Shown: in pieces, positions 41,916-51,189 of the stretch | Layout of the letters: the number at the start of each line of letters is the position of its first letter | Numbering within the stretch: position 1 is the first letter of the stretch | From: a virus | Length of the DNA stretch: 64,000 nucleotides | Direction: 5' to 3' (one strand) | Virus record (IMG/VR): IMGVR_UViG_3300030202_002990 | Location: 1-64,000 of that record | Translations under genes and position numbers: made by a program | The notes under the pieces: generated by a model | The model's input: the letters and a program-made list of their open reading frames with translations, nothing else | Database searches by the model: none | Told to the model about the DNA's origin: nothing

Positions 41916-42357
41916 TTGACAGACTTTCTCGGTTTCCTAAGAATCCAGTAGTGTCTGCATCTGTTCCTGTGTTTACTCCTGCGTCATACTCCCACTTAAA
42001 CCTTGAGTTGTCTGAGCGTTGATGAGTAATGTAAGCTGGGTCACCATCTACAAATGTCCACTCGTTATCTGTGTCGGCGTTTGTACCATCATCAGTATAA
42101 GTTTGTGGTTTGTCTTTAAGTGCGTCAAAGGGATTATCTGGCCATATAGCTCTTCCACTATCTATGAGTTTATGAACTCCATAGTTTTCGAGTGCTACAC
42201 CAATATTACTGACGACAGCATCTTCAGAAGCTTCTTCAGCTTTTGTAATGGTCTCCAAGTATCTTGGGATAGCGACAGCTGATAATATACCTAATATTAT
42301 CATTACCATGATTAATTCAATCAAGGTAAATCCGTCTTGGTTATTTAGTTTCTTCAT
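41908..42357 (-). CDS. Type IV pilin-like protein (prepilin N-methylation motif)
   Basis: DG|FTLIELIMVMIILGILSAVAIPRY. Confidence 0.92.
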   Translation of the reverse strand: MKKLNNQDGFTLIELIMVMIILGILSAVAIPRYLETITKAEEASEDAVVSNIGVALENYGVHKLIDSGRAIWPDNPFDALKDKPQTYTDDGTNADTDNEWTFVDGDPAYITHQRSDNSRFKWEYDAGVNTGTDADTTGFLGNRESLSSE

Positions 42358-42388
42358 TTTCTTGTCCTTTCAGGTTTGTTATTAAGAA

Positions 42389-43057
42389 TTAAGGTACTAA
42401 AGTTTTATGTAGTTTAGATGGGTTCTCAGTATCTATCACGACAAGAACAGGTGCCTGTGCTGATGTACCACTACCACTTCCTGGTATAATTAGGTAAGCG
42501 TATGAACCATCCTGAAATGGTGAGGTTAAACCATTGTTACCAAAATCTTGTTTGAAGTCAAGAGCACCAATTTCAGAGTTACCATCGTAACCAACTGATG
42601 TTTCAAGACTCATCCAATCGTTTTGTAAAGCGTCATCATCATCGGAAGATGGTGAGAACACATATACGAATTCACTAAGGTCATCTGTATAAGATTCTTT
42701 TTGGTCAAGGATAGTTTCTACATATGCTTCAAGTGTTTCGTCTGTAGATGCATCTTCGGATAAATCAACACCACCAACGGCGACATCATACTTTTCTTGT
42801 CCTGGAAATCTTCCTTTTCCTTCTTCAGATAATGTTTGGTTATAAAAGTTGTTTGCTACAGTTAAGATTTTATCAATGTTTGCCATTGTCTTTTTCTCTT
42901 TAGCACCTGCACCAACTGCACCAAATTTTGGAGCGGCTGTTGTAGCTAATGTAGCCATCATTGCAGTAGTAACAGCGAATTCAGCTAGTGAATTACCATT
43001 AGTACTCTTGAGTTTTCTCATAAAAGATTTTACGAGTTTCTTTATTGTTTCGAACAT
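42389..43057 (-). CDS. Atypical type IV pilin-like protein
   Basis: Basic leader then NG|NSLAEFAVTTAMMATLATTAAPKF (Gly-1, Glu+5, Pro22 kept); GRFPG; SPFQDGSYAY; AAGGAG SD. Confidence 0.75.
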   Translation of the reverse strand: MFETIKKLVKSFMRKLKSTNGNSLAEFAVTTAMMATLATTAAPKFGAVGAGAKEKKTMANIDKILTVANNFYNQTLSEEGKGRFPGQEKYDVAVGGVDLSEDASTDETLEAYVETILDQKESYTDDLSEFVYVFSPSSDDDDALQNDWMSLETSVGYDGNSEIGALDFKQDFGNNGLTSPFQDGSYAYLIIPGSGSGTSAQAPVLVVIDTENPSKLHKTLVP

Positions 43058-43119
43058 TTCAGTTCTCCTTCTTTTGTATTTTTCTAATAGATTCGAATAA
43101 CCTATTCCTACCTATATGG

Positions 43120-43136
43120 TACAATAACTGTACCAA
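43120..43136 (-). promoter_or_regulatory. Candidate sigma54 (-24/-12) promoter of the pilin operon
   Basis: Minus strand TTGGTACAGTTATTGTA vs consensus YTGGCACGRNNNTTGCW; correct spacing, but GT replaces GC at -12. Confidence 0.55.
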
Positions 43137-43198
43137 AGTACCCCAATTTTTAAAGTTTTTTTTATGTTACAATATTGTTGTACTTAGAAGTAGGCAAT

Positions 43199-43226
43199 AA
43201 AAAACCACTTGAATAAGTGGTCTTTT
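43199..43226 (-). terminator. Intrinsic terminator after the sigma-factor gene
   Basis: Minus strand ACCACTT-ATTC-AAGTGGT followed by a T run. Confidence 0.65.
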
Positions 43227-43242
43227 ACATTGTGTATTGTTT

Positions 43243-43259
43243 TGTTACTCTATGTAACA
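43243..43259. promoter_or_regulatory. Palindromic TGT-N11-ACA site, candidate enhancer-binding-protein site
   Basis: TGTTAC-TCTAT-GTAACA about 110 bp upstream of the candidate -24 box. Confidence 0.45.
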
Positions 43260-43277
43260 GTTTGTAATATCATTTTG

Positions 43278-43997
43278 TTACAAAAACGAACCTGTACTTT
43301 GGGTATCAATCATACCATTATTTAGATATTCAGTAGAAAGATTCTGATGATATTTTTTCATCGTGTTGACAATTCGAGTAATGTGTTGTGTTTTGGAACC
43401 ACTCATCTCACGAATCATAATGTACAATGCCTTCTTGTTGAAGTTTTCAATATGTTCAGACCTTCTGAATATTTCCAATACAGAATCAGCAACCAATATA
43501 TCTTTCTTTCTTGTAAAAACATTAGTGATATTGTTTTCCCAATACTCAATAAATTGATTTACATACTCTTTGACACTTTCATTTTCTTCAGCCGTATTCA
43601 TCTCTTCTTTATTTTTCTTATTCCAATCTAACACATCCAAACCATCATGTGATTTATAATGAGCATAATTTTTATTATTGTGTAGAATTAGATAATTCTT
43701 AGCAACAATACTAAAGTATGAGAAAGCCTTTCCCTTACCTTCTTTGAATTTATGCATATTTAATACCAAAAATGATATTACTTCTTGTTTAACTTGTTCA
43801 CTTGAAACATCAAAGTAATAAAACTTAAATGTATGAATTATATTTTCACATAATTTATCAAACGCCCTTCTTATATGGTCGTTGTAAATTCTTTCTTTCA
43901 TGTAAGCCCGTTCTTCTTTATTGTAACGGATTATTGCATCTTCAGTTCCTTGTGTGAAATAATATCTTGGTGAACTTTTTTTAGCTTTTCTTGGCAT
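43278..43997 (-). CDS. Phage sigma-factor-like protein (T4 gp55-like late sigma)
   Basis: YYFTQ..EDAIIRY; KLCENII; HKFKEGKGKAFSYFSIVAKNYLI resembles sigma region 2. Confidence 0.7.
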   Translation of the reverse strand: MPRKAKKSSPRYYFTQGTEDAIIRYNKEERAYMKERIYNDHIRRAFDKLCENIIHTFKFYYFDVSSEQVKQEVISFLVLNMHKFKEGKGKAFSYFSIVAKNYLILHNNKNYAHYKSHDGLDVLDWNKKNKEEMNTAEENESVKEYVNQFIEYWENNITNVFTRKKDILVADSVLEIFRRSEHIENFNKKALYIMIREMSGSKTQHITRIVNTMKKYHQNLSTEYLNNGMIDTQSTGSFL

Positions 43998-44256
43998 TTG
44001 TGTCCTCTTCTATGTATTGGTTTAATTCTTCAATTGTTTCTTTGATGGATGTAAATATACTACCGATTTCGTCATCTGATTCAAAATGACCAGTAGAATC
44101 TATCGTTTGAATTTCTTCATAAGTACTAGCTACTCTGTCACTAAAGTCCTCGACCCAAGTTTCTAATAACTCTACCTTGTTAAGTAAGTTCCAAACAACA
44201 TAACTCTCGGTAATAAAAATTACAACCATTAATCCTAAAATAATTTCTAATATCAT
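43981..44256 (-). CDS. Single-TM hypothetical protein
   Basis: N-terminal TM; IDSTGHFESDDEIG. Confidence 0.65.
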   Translation of the reverse strand: MILEIILGLMVVIFITESYVVWNLLNKVELLETWVEDFSDRVASTYEEIQTIDSTGHFESDDEIGSIFTSIKETIEELNQYIEEDTNAKKS

Positions 44257-44462
44257 TCTTCCACCACCCCAACAGAAACTTCAACTTCATTAGCTGGTCT
44301 CCATTCACTATCTCCATCATCCCAATCAATATCCTCTACCCATTCAGGTTCATCAATATCACCAGCTTGGAACTTTCTATATTCTTCAGCTTGTTCTTCT
44401 GTTATTTCAACATTAGTCCAAACATCATTTTCTTGTATTGTGTATCTTTGTAAATACGGCAT
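44253..44462 (-). CDS. Small acidic hypothetical protein
   Basis: 69 aa, very Asp/Glu-rich. Confidence 0.6.
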   Translation of the reverse strand: MPYLQRYTIQENDVWTNVEITEEQAEEYRKFQAGDIDEPEWVEDIDWDDGDSEWRPANEVEVSVGVVEE

Positions 44463-45248
44463 TTAACTTTCTCCAAAAAGTTCGTCAAACAAATCTTGAT
44501 GTTTAGACTTCTTTTCTTCTTTTTTAGGTTTAGGTTTATCAGTACCCACACTTATGTTCTTGATTTTATCTAACCGAGCTTCCATCTCTTCTTTCTCATC
44601 TTCGTCACCTCGTTTCCATTCATCATATTCAGCTTGTGTAGCCATATGGTCAGCCCAATGTATGATGTATGGCATATGATTTTTTAAGGAACGACTTGCA
44701 TCAAACACTTTCATATAGTAGGTGTTTGCTTCGTCATATAACCCATCAGATACCTTGATAGCAAGAGTTTCTTTCATATTAACCTTAATACCAAAGTGTT
44801 GTAATATAAACAACGCTCTATCCGTTACCCTCATATTATCTATATCTGTGTTGTGTGTAAAAACCTCACCGAGAGTCTTTCTTCTCCAATCATTATCTTG
44901 AGGAATATAATACTCTGAGTTTAAATCTCCAACCTTACCCAAGTCATGGTGCATAGCAGAAAAGATTAATTCTTCATCTGTCCAATCTTTATAACCACCA
45001 ACCTTTTCATATGTCTTGGATACTTCTAATGCTGTTTCAACCACATGAAGAACATGATTAACATAACCACCAGCGTAACAATAATGGTATTCTTCTTTAC
45101 CACTTGCTGGAGCTACAACCATTCTATCTTCAAAGTATTTGTACATCTCCAAGAGTTTTTCCTTTCGGTCACCCTCAAATGTATCTTCTACGAGTTGTAA
45201 CAGCTTTTCCCAATTACCAAGTAATTGTTCTTCTGTTAATTGTTTCAT
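44463..45248 (-). CDS. HD-domain phosphohydrolase
   Basis: APAS..YH..YAGGYVNHVLHV, MHHDLGK, HWAD. Confidence 0.85.
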   Translation of the reverse strand: MKQLTEEQLLGNWEKLLQLVEDTFEGDRKEKLLEMYKYFEDRMVVAPASGKEEYHYCYAGGYVNHVLHVVETALEVSKTYEKVGGYKDWTDEELIFSAMHHDLGKVGDLNSEYYIPQDNDWRRKTLGEVFTHNTDIDNMRVTDRALFILQHFGIKVNMKETLAIKVSDGLYDEANTYYMKVFDASRSLKNHMPYIIHWADHMATQAEYDEWKRGDEDEKEEMEARLDKIKNISVGTDKPKPKKEEKKSKHQDLFDELFGES

Positions 45249-45467
45249 TTATAACCTTTTTAATTTCTTCTTATCTATAGTCATCTTGTGTTGATAACAA
45301 CCTTCCGTTTGAACTACGGTATATTTTTTACCACCATCAATAACTTCTGTACATTGATATGCCGGTTCGAACTTTCCAATCTGAACATTAGTAGGATACA
45401 CCCAATCACCAACTTCAATTGGTTTATCTGAATATCTGTATGCCTTTTTTCTGCCTCTTTTAGCCAT
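45249..45467 (-). CDS. Hypothetical protein (SH3-like barrel?)
   Basis: 72 aa with AGGAG SD; IEVGDWV. Confidence 0.6.
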   Translation of the reverse strand: MAKRGRKKAYRYSDKPIEVGDWVYPTNVQIGKFEPAYQCTEVIDGGKKYTVVQTEGCYQHKMTIDKKKLKRL

Positions 45468-45481
45468 TTTTGACTCCTTAT

Positions 45482-46030
45482 TTATGATTTATTATTTTGT
45501 ATTAATTGTAAATTGTCTGTCCAATTCATCTTGTAGATATGGACATTTTCATATTTGTATGGTATTACATTTTCTGATTCTAAAATATCCACAACATTGA
45601 CCCACTTTGGATTCATAGTATCTCTTACTTGATATACTCCATCTTTATCTTTTGTTCCCTTGATGTATATAAAATCTCCATAGTCAAATCCACCACCCCA
45701 TCTCTTCAATAGATTTCGTGATAGAGCTACAAACTTGTATTCACTTGCTTTATGAATACGAATCCTTGTTCCATCTGCTGTAACATCAGGTGTATCATCA
45801 CATTGAATAGTATTTGGTTGATACATAGTTACATCTACCTCTACTCCAAACCTATAAAACTCGTGAAGTTCTTTGTGTAGTTTTTGATTCATTACCATTA
45901 ACGAATCACTTGATTGTTTATACATACTTGAATGTTTGGTCATCATACTTGTTGAGATGTACCCATTCATAAAAGTTACAAACACCATCCCCGCAATAGC
46001 TGTAGTTGTACTTATAGTTTTGTTTAACAT
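45482..46030 (-). CDS. 3D-domain (cell-wall lytic-like) protein with N-terminal TM
   Basis: VTMYQP...CDDTPDVTADG, FVALSR, YGD, VRDTM, VDIL. Confidence 0.8.
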   Translation of the reverse strand: MLNKTISTTTAIAGMVFVTFMNGYISTSMMTKHSSMYKQSSDSLMVMNQKLHKELHEFYRFGVEVDVTMYQPNTIQCDDTPDVTADGTRIRIHKASEYKFVALSRNLLKRWGGGFDYGDFIYIKGTKDKDGVYQVRDTMNPKWVNVVDILESENVIPYKYENVHIYKMNWTDNLQLIQNNKS

Positions 46031-46056
46031 ATTATTATACCTCGTTTTGATATTAG

Positions 46057-46085
46057 AAATTACAAAATAAATTCATAAAAGTCAA
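46057..46085 (-). promoter_or_regulatory. Sigma70-type promoter
   Basis: TTGACT-N17-TAATTT. Confidence 0.6.
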
Positions 46086-46086
46086 G

Positions 46087-47538
46087 CTATTTTTTATAAA
46101 AAATAAAAATAGGCTCATACTTTAAATAAGTTCCATTAACCTTTACCGAGTTTTTGACATTAGATTGGTCAACTCCGACCATTGAAGTCATCAACATTTT
46201 GAGTTTACCTTGATATTCCCCACCGAGGTTTTCGATTATATCGATACTATCTTGTTCAAGATGGTGGTATTTATCTTTACCGATTTTGATATCGGCGATG
46301 TTCCACAATAAATATCTATCATTCCTTAAACTTTGATATGCATTAGTTAATGTAGGTTTAAGGAAGTTGTCTCTCCAATCATCATACTTAGGATATGCCT
46401 TAAATGATTGTTCTTCATCTTCACTATATTGTTCTCTATCAAAGTAAGGTGGTGATGTAAACACCATATCTAACTTACCTTTGTATTGTTGAAAATCAGG
46501 ATGGTTTCCAATGTGTTCACTACCTTCTTGAAAATAGTGAAATGTATTTTTTTCTTCTTCCCAAAAATTATTACTTTCTAAAACCTCATTGTTAAAGAAA
46601 TTAGCAACATATTCATACCTTGATATACCTACCTCATCGATAAAATTATCTGTGTTTGGGTCTGTTCCAATATAATGTATTCTTTTTAATGAAGACATAG
46701 CACCTAATATTCTACCACCCCAACCACTTGATGGGTCGTAGATATTTAATTGTTTGGGTTCGAGTTCATTGATATTAATATGGTCTGTAAATCTTTCATA
46801 CAAATATCTGGCTGTCAATGGTGGAAAGTTTACAGCAGGTTGTCCTAATCCTAATCTAAAAGCTTGTATACCAGCTGGGAATAACTTCAACTTAATTTGT
46901 TTGGGGTTTCTTAAAACATTCCTAACCAAGAATTTATATGTATCACCATCTAATTCTTTTGGTAGATTGGTTTTATGTTTATCATCTAACTTCTCTACTT
47001 CCTCAACTGATAAAGTCTTATACATACTTTCTACAGCGTTATGTTTGTGTTGTACGATAAAGAAGTTTTCAGGTATCTCTTCACCATCTAAGACACACTT
47101 TGACCAATTATACATTGAATCTCTTTTTAATATTCTCAGTATAACTTTTTCAAACTTATGTTTATACTCATCAGTAAACCAATCATAGATACTACCATTC
47201 TGAACACGAGTCTTTAACATCGTGGGAAAGAATTGATTAACACTACTAGCATGTTTATTATAATTCTTAATTACATTTTTATTACCATCATCATCGTGGA
47301 TTAAAAATTTATTGTGAACATCATACTCTCTAAGTTTTTTAAAGTTCTTTTTTATAACTTTGGTATTGGAACCGATAGTTGGTGGAATACCCTTATCATC
47401 CCATTCAGATATAATAAAACTTCTAAGTTTTTCAATCCATTCAGAAGTTTCTTTTTCGTTCATATATAGTAATTCCTCAAAGTTGATGTTTACATCACTT
47501 TCAAGCAAATTACTTCTTTCATAATAGTATTTTTTCAT
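46087..47538 (-). CDS. DNA amino-methyltransferase (N4-C/N6-A)
   Basis: YDPSSGWGGRILG (SAM-binding) and FTSPPYF (catalytic). Confidence 0.85.
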   Translation of the reverse strand: MKKYYYERSNLLESDVNINFEELLYMNEKETSEWIEKLRSFIISEWDDKGIPPTIGSNTKVIKKNFKKLREYDVHNKFLIHDDDGNKNVIKNYNKHASSVNQFFPTMLKTRVQNGSIYDWFTDEYKHKFEKVILRILKRDSMYNWSKCVLDGEEIPENFFIVQHKHNAVESMYKTLSVEEVEKLDDKHKTNLPKELDGDTYKFLVRNVLRNPKQIKLKLFPAGIQAFRLGLGQPAVNFPPLTARYLYERFTDHININELEPKQLNIYDPSSGWGGRILGAMSSLKRIHYIGTDPNTDNFIDEVGISRYEYVANFFNNEVLESNNFWEEEKNTFHYFQEGSEHIGNHPDFQQYKGKLDMVFTSPPYFDREQYSEDEEQSFKAYPKYDDWRDNFLKPTLTNAYQSLRNDRYLLWNIADIKIGKDKYHHLEQDSIDIIENLGGEYQGKLKMLMTSMVGVDQSNVKNSVKVNGTYLKYEPIFIFYKK

Positions 47539-47544
47539 ATATAG

Positions 47545-47573
47545 AATTTACAACTTTTTATAACCATTTACAA
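47545..47573 (-). promoter_or_regulatory. Sigma70-type promoter
   Basis: TTGTAA-N17-TAAATT, 6 nt before the MTase ATG. Confidence 0.5.
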
Positions 47574-47592
47574 GTGTTTTCTTGCTGTTTTG

Positions 47593-48005
47593 TGGAGGTG
47601 TGGGGATTCGAACCCCAGTCCTGTTTATTATTAATATTAAGTCATTCACAGTTTAGTTAGGTTACTACCCTCTGAGAAGTTACCTACAAACCACCAACTA
47701 TTTTCTTGGATAGCTCCGTATGTTCTTTTATACTCATAACATGAGGAGTTGATGTCTAACTTATTTTATGACCGAGTGTTAGACAACTCAGTAACTTATG
47801 CGTAAGCGTAAGTTGGTTGGTCATTCTGAACAGGAGTGACAAAGTTGTCAAATCCCATTTCAGCATTGGCTAAATGCCAATCAATGTCCAACCCTTCAAG
47901 CGATTTATCGCCATTTGAGTTTCGTTGGGTTTTATTTAAGAGTTTACCCAAACTCTACTGCACTTAAATATCAACCAATACCAGTCGATTTCCAAGTTCA
48001 CCCCC
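47593..48005 (-). ncRNA. ssrA: tmRNA
   Basis: 5' GGGGGTG pairs with 3' CACCTCC-A including G3:U; T-arm GGGGTTCGAATCCCC; 5' ...GGAAATCGAC; PK1 AGAGTTT-GGGT-AAACTCT...ACCC; tag ORF 47912-47796 ending YAYA-stop. Confidence 0.92.
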
Positions 48006-48015
48006 ATATTAAATA

Positions 48016-48156
48016 TCATTGTTCTTCATCAAAATATTCCGAGAAATCGTCTCCCTCTCCCTCGTATCGTAGGGTTTCGATAAGTTCACGAACTAAATCC
48101 CAATCTTTACTTTCAAGGGCCTGTCTTAAAGCCTCGATTATTTTTTCTACTGACAT
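48016..48156 (-). CDS. Small acidic protein, 46 aa
   Basis: MSVEKIIEALRQALESKDWDLVRELIETLRYEGEGDDFSEYFDEEQ; AGGAG SD and ATACTTAT motif. Confidence 0.6.
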   Translation of the reverse strand: MSVEKIIEALRQALESKDWDLVRELIETLRYEGEGDDFSEYFDEEQ

Positions 48157-48188
48157 ATGTGTATCTCCTAATACTTAATGTATAAGTA

Positions 48189-48503
48189 TTATGCCATATA
48201 GTTTTTCTTTATAGAATCAAGCACTTGATTCCAATCTATTGGCTCATCGTTATTCTGTTGTGATTTAATATTTTCCATCGTTTGCTTAAAGTCAAACTTT
48301 GTATTTCTTATATAAAATATCATTAACCACAACCCAAAGGATTGAATTAATGTAATGTTTGGTAATCCAAATATAGTTGGTATCAACCAATTCCACATTA
48401 AATAAAATGGAATACTTGCCACTAATACTATACAAAATAATGTAAGTAATATAAAAACTAAAGCAAGCACATAAGATAATATACTTTTTAAAATGTTACC
48501 CAA
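48189..48503 (-). CDS. Membrane protein
   Basis: Hydrophobic; LMWNWLIPTIFGLPNITLIQSFGL. Confidence 0.7.
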   Translation of the reverse strand: MGNILKSILSYVLALVFILLTLFCIVLVASIPFYLMWNWLIPTIFGLPNITLIQSFGLWLMIFYIRNTKFDFKQTMENIKSQQNNDEPIDWNQVLDSIKKNYMA

Positions 48504-48741
48504 CTAAAACCTCTTTCTTTGGTTTATCTCTGACATAACCATCGTCTTCAAAATGTTTTTCTAAAACTAATAGGTTCTCTTCTGCTTCTGATAATTTAGA
48601 AGTCCACTCGTTTATCTCATTTAATATCTTTGAGTGTTCCCCTATACCTACTGATTTTTGAAAATACAACTCTAATGTTGCTATTGCTTCATCTTTTTGT
48701 GCTGTCCAATAAGAAACAGCTGCTTTATAAAAATGACTCAT
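48496..48741 (-). CDS. Hypothetical phage protein
   Basis: SVGIGEHSKI motif; GGAG SD. Confidence 0.7.
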   Translation of the reverse strand: MSHFYKAAVSYWTAQKDEAIATLELYFQKSVGIGEHSKILNEINEWTSKLSEAEENLLVLEKHFEDDGYVRDKPKKEVLVG

Positions 48742-48751
48742 CTTTTACTCC

Positions 48752-49279
48752 CTAATCCATTAAAAATATTTCTTGTGAGTCTATCAATGTAGACTCTATA
48801 CTCCAATATAATTTCATCCAACTACCACTACCCTTATTTTGCATTACTTTTACAGGTGTTAATGTGTTGTAGAAATAACCTAAACTATCAACCATAGAAA
48901 CTTTATCTGTTGTCCATCTCAATGTATCTACATTTACATCCATCGTATCTCTGTTACCAAAGTTATCATACCATATAGCTTTATTTCTTCTGTTTGGTAA
49001 TAATTTGTAATGTCCACTTGAATCATCCTCATCCCAATACATATTACTCCACCAATGAACAACTAATCTATCAACAGGTACACCATCTCCTGATTCTAAA
49101 TGTCCCCATATTGGTGCTGGTGTAATCCATAGATTGTCTTGTATTTCAATTCTATTTACTCTTAACATCGTTACGATTATATTGGCTTCATTTGGTTCTT
49201 CTATTCTATCATCACAAGTAACCGTTAATGTAGTTAATATCAGAACAATCCAAATTATTTTATTCAATTTATTCTCCAA
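48752..49279 (-). CDS. Putative lipoprotein (paralog of 56354-56914)
   Basis: Hydrophobic N-terminus ending LTVTC; shared W-x-S-x-x-YW and NT-x-x-PV motifs. Confidence 0.6.
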   Translation of the reverse strand: MENKLNKIIWIVLILTTLTVTCDDRIEEPNEANIIVTMLRVNRIEIQDNLWITPAPIWGHLESGDGVPVDRLVVHWWSNMYWDEDDSSGHYKLLPNRRNKAIWYDNFGNRDTMDVNVDTLRWTTDKVSMVDSLGYFYNTLTPVKVMQNKGSGSWMKLYWSIESTLIDSQEIFLMD

Positions 49280-50465
49280 TCAAATGTGGTCTCGCCTCTA
49301 ATTGTCCTGCACTTGTTACTTCTACAAACTCTACTTTACTATGAAACTCAGAAAGATTGTTAGCACCAACATAACTGAAACTGCTAGAAATTCCATCTTT
49401 AATATCTGATAATATTCTATAGACTTTCCCCTTATACGGTATAACTTTATGATTCCCTTCAACATTCTTATCATTTCCTTTTGAGTCCCTTGAGGCGGAA
49501 CCCCTATACTTTTTAAATAATTTTTCGTTAGGCCATTGTCCTTGTTTTTCTATTTGACCTGGACTTTCTTTGGTGCCCGAAAGTAACGAACCAACCATGA
49601 TGGTGTCAGCTCCACAACCAAGTCCTTTAGCCACATCACCCACATTCCGAATACCACCATCAGCAATGATAGGAATATCCCAATCGTCAGCAACGGAACA
49701 AACATCAATAAGAGTAGTAACCTGAGGTAATCCAACACCAGTCCTGATTCTTGTTTCACATAGTGAGCCGTTACCGATTCCCACTCTGATGGCGTCAGCA
49801 CCCTTTTCAGCCAGAAATCGTGCCCCATCACTTGTTGCGATGTTTCCTGCGACAACCTCGACATTCGATATTTTACTTTTGATTTTCTCAATGGCTTCTC
49901 CTACATTCTTATGATGTCCGTGTGCTACATCAATAAGTAGTACATTACAACCGTTTAAAACTAATTCTTTAGCCCTCTCTAAGTAGTCTCCCTTGACTCC
50001 AATAGCTGCACATAAGGGTCTTTTACTCCAATACTCTTCATCTTTCTTAGCCTCATCTGCAAACCATAGTAATTCTTCTAAATCTTCAAAATCAGATTTT
50101 GTTGGTGGATGGTTCCAAGACATTACACCTCTGTACCAATCTTCATATACTCTATGGTGGTCGGTTCTATCTTCATCCTTGTCGCCTATGTTATACCAAC
50201 TATCCCATTGTCTCCAAACTCTTTTCATTTGTTCGGTTTGTTTTTCAATACTTTGAAATCTATGTATAACACCAACACCGCCTTGGTCTAACATTTCAGA
50301 AGCCATCTTGTATTCTGTAACCGTATCCATAGGAGACGCCACTATTGGTACACTCATTGTTGTGTTTTTTGTAAACCTTGTAGAGAGGTCTATATCTTCA
50401 CGAGATAAAACTTCTGAGTATTTTGGGACGATGTTTACATCATCATATGTTAAATATTTTTTCAA
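49269..50465 (-). CDS. IMPDH/GMP reductase family oxidoreductase (GuaB/GuaC), probably GMP reductase
   Basis: [55 protein letters not shown]...NVEG. Confidence 0.9.
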   Translation of the reverse strand: MKKYLTYDDVNIVPKYSEVLSREDIDLSTRFTKNTTMSVPIVASPMDTVTEYKMASEMLDQGGVGVIHRFQSIEKQTEQMKRVWRQWDSWYNIGDKDEDRTDHHRVYEDWYRGVMSWNHPPTKSDFEDLEELLWFADEAKKDEEYWSKRPLCAAIGVKGDYLERAKELVLNGCNVLLIDVAHGHHKNVGEAIEKIKSKISNVEVVAGNIATSDGARFLAEKGADAIRVGIGNGSLCETRIRTGVGLPQVTTLIDVCSVADDWDIPIIADGGIRNVGDVAKGLGCGADTIMVGSLLSGTKESPGQIEKQGQWPNEKLFKKYRGSASRDSKGNDKNVEGNHKVIPYKGKVYRILSDIKDGISSSFSYVGANNLSEFHSKVEFVEVTSAGQLEARPHLIGE

Positions 50466-50735
50466 CTATGCCATTCCTAATTCACTATTTTGGGTGAGTT
50501 TTTCAAAATATAAATCTTCTGCCAGGTCTACCAATTCACTAAATTGGTCACCTGTTAATAATTCTTTTTGACCTTGTAGACTTTGAACATTAAAATGTTC
50601 CATTATAAAATCCACAATGATACTATCGATGGGTGATTTTGATTTAGTTTCTATCTCTTTTACTCCTATTGTCATTAGAGGTTTTTTCATTCTTTTCTCC
50701 CTTTTTACCGAAAATCTTTTCCCAATTATCGGCAT
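50466..50735 (-). CDS. Hypothetical protein
   Basis: ORF track; co-oriented and abutting the next gene. Confidence 0.55.
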   Translation of the reverse strand: MPIIGKRFSVKREKRMKKPLMTIGVKEIETKSKSPIDSIIVDFIMEHFNVQSLQGQKELLTGDQFSELVDLAEDLYFEKLTQNSELGMA

Positions 50736-51189
50736 ACTTTTTGAGGTTTGTTATTCTATTCTTGTCACCCTTGCCGGCGTTAGAATGTTTTGGTTGTGTT
50801 TTTTTACTCATATTTTTAGAACCATAAAATATACATATAACCTAAACCCATGAGAATAATTATTATTAATTTGAAATACTCCCACATCTCATCACTTCTT
50901 GTAAAAGTTACTTTATTATTTTTTTTATCCATAAAGCTCAAATGAAACCACCCACATGGCTATCATATATCCTAATCCTATTCCAATGAATATACCAATT
51001 ACAATATATTGTATTTTTTCATCATCTGGTATATTTCTAATCATACATTCCACTTCTTATCATCTTGATATTCTTTTTTCTTGGTTATACCATCATACAA
51101 CCATTTAATATACCATCTTACTCTTGCACCAAGTTCCATATCATTAGGGTATTTATCAACCATATCTCTTATTATTTGTCTTACACTTT

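Noticed and set aside
39020-43057. Interpretation as a bacterial chromosome segment with a full T2SS/T4P locus
   Set aside because: No assembly genes, and both flanks are phage genes with similar composition; chimerism cannot be fully excluded without reads.
47593-47625. tRNA-like T-arm and acceptor end read as a tRNA or attachment site
   Set aside because: It pairs with a 5' end 413 nt away and encloses PK1 and a tag ORF, so it is tmRNA; no integrase is seen.
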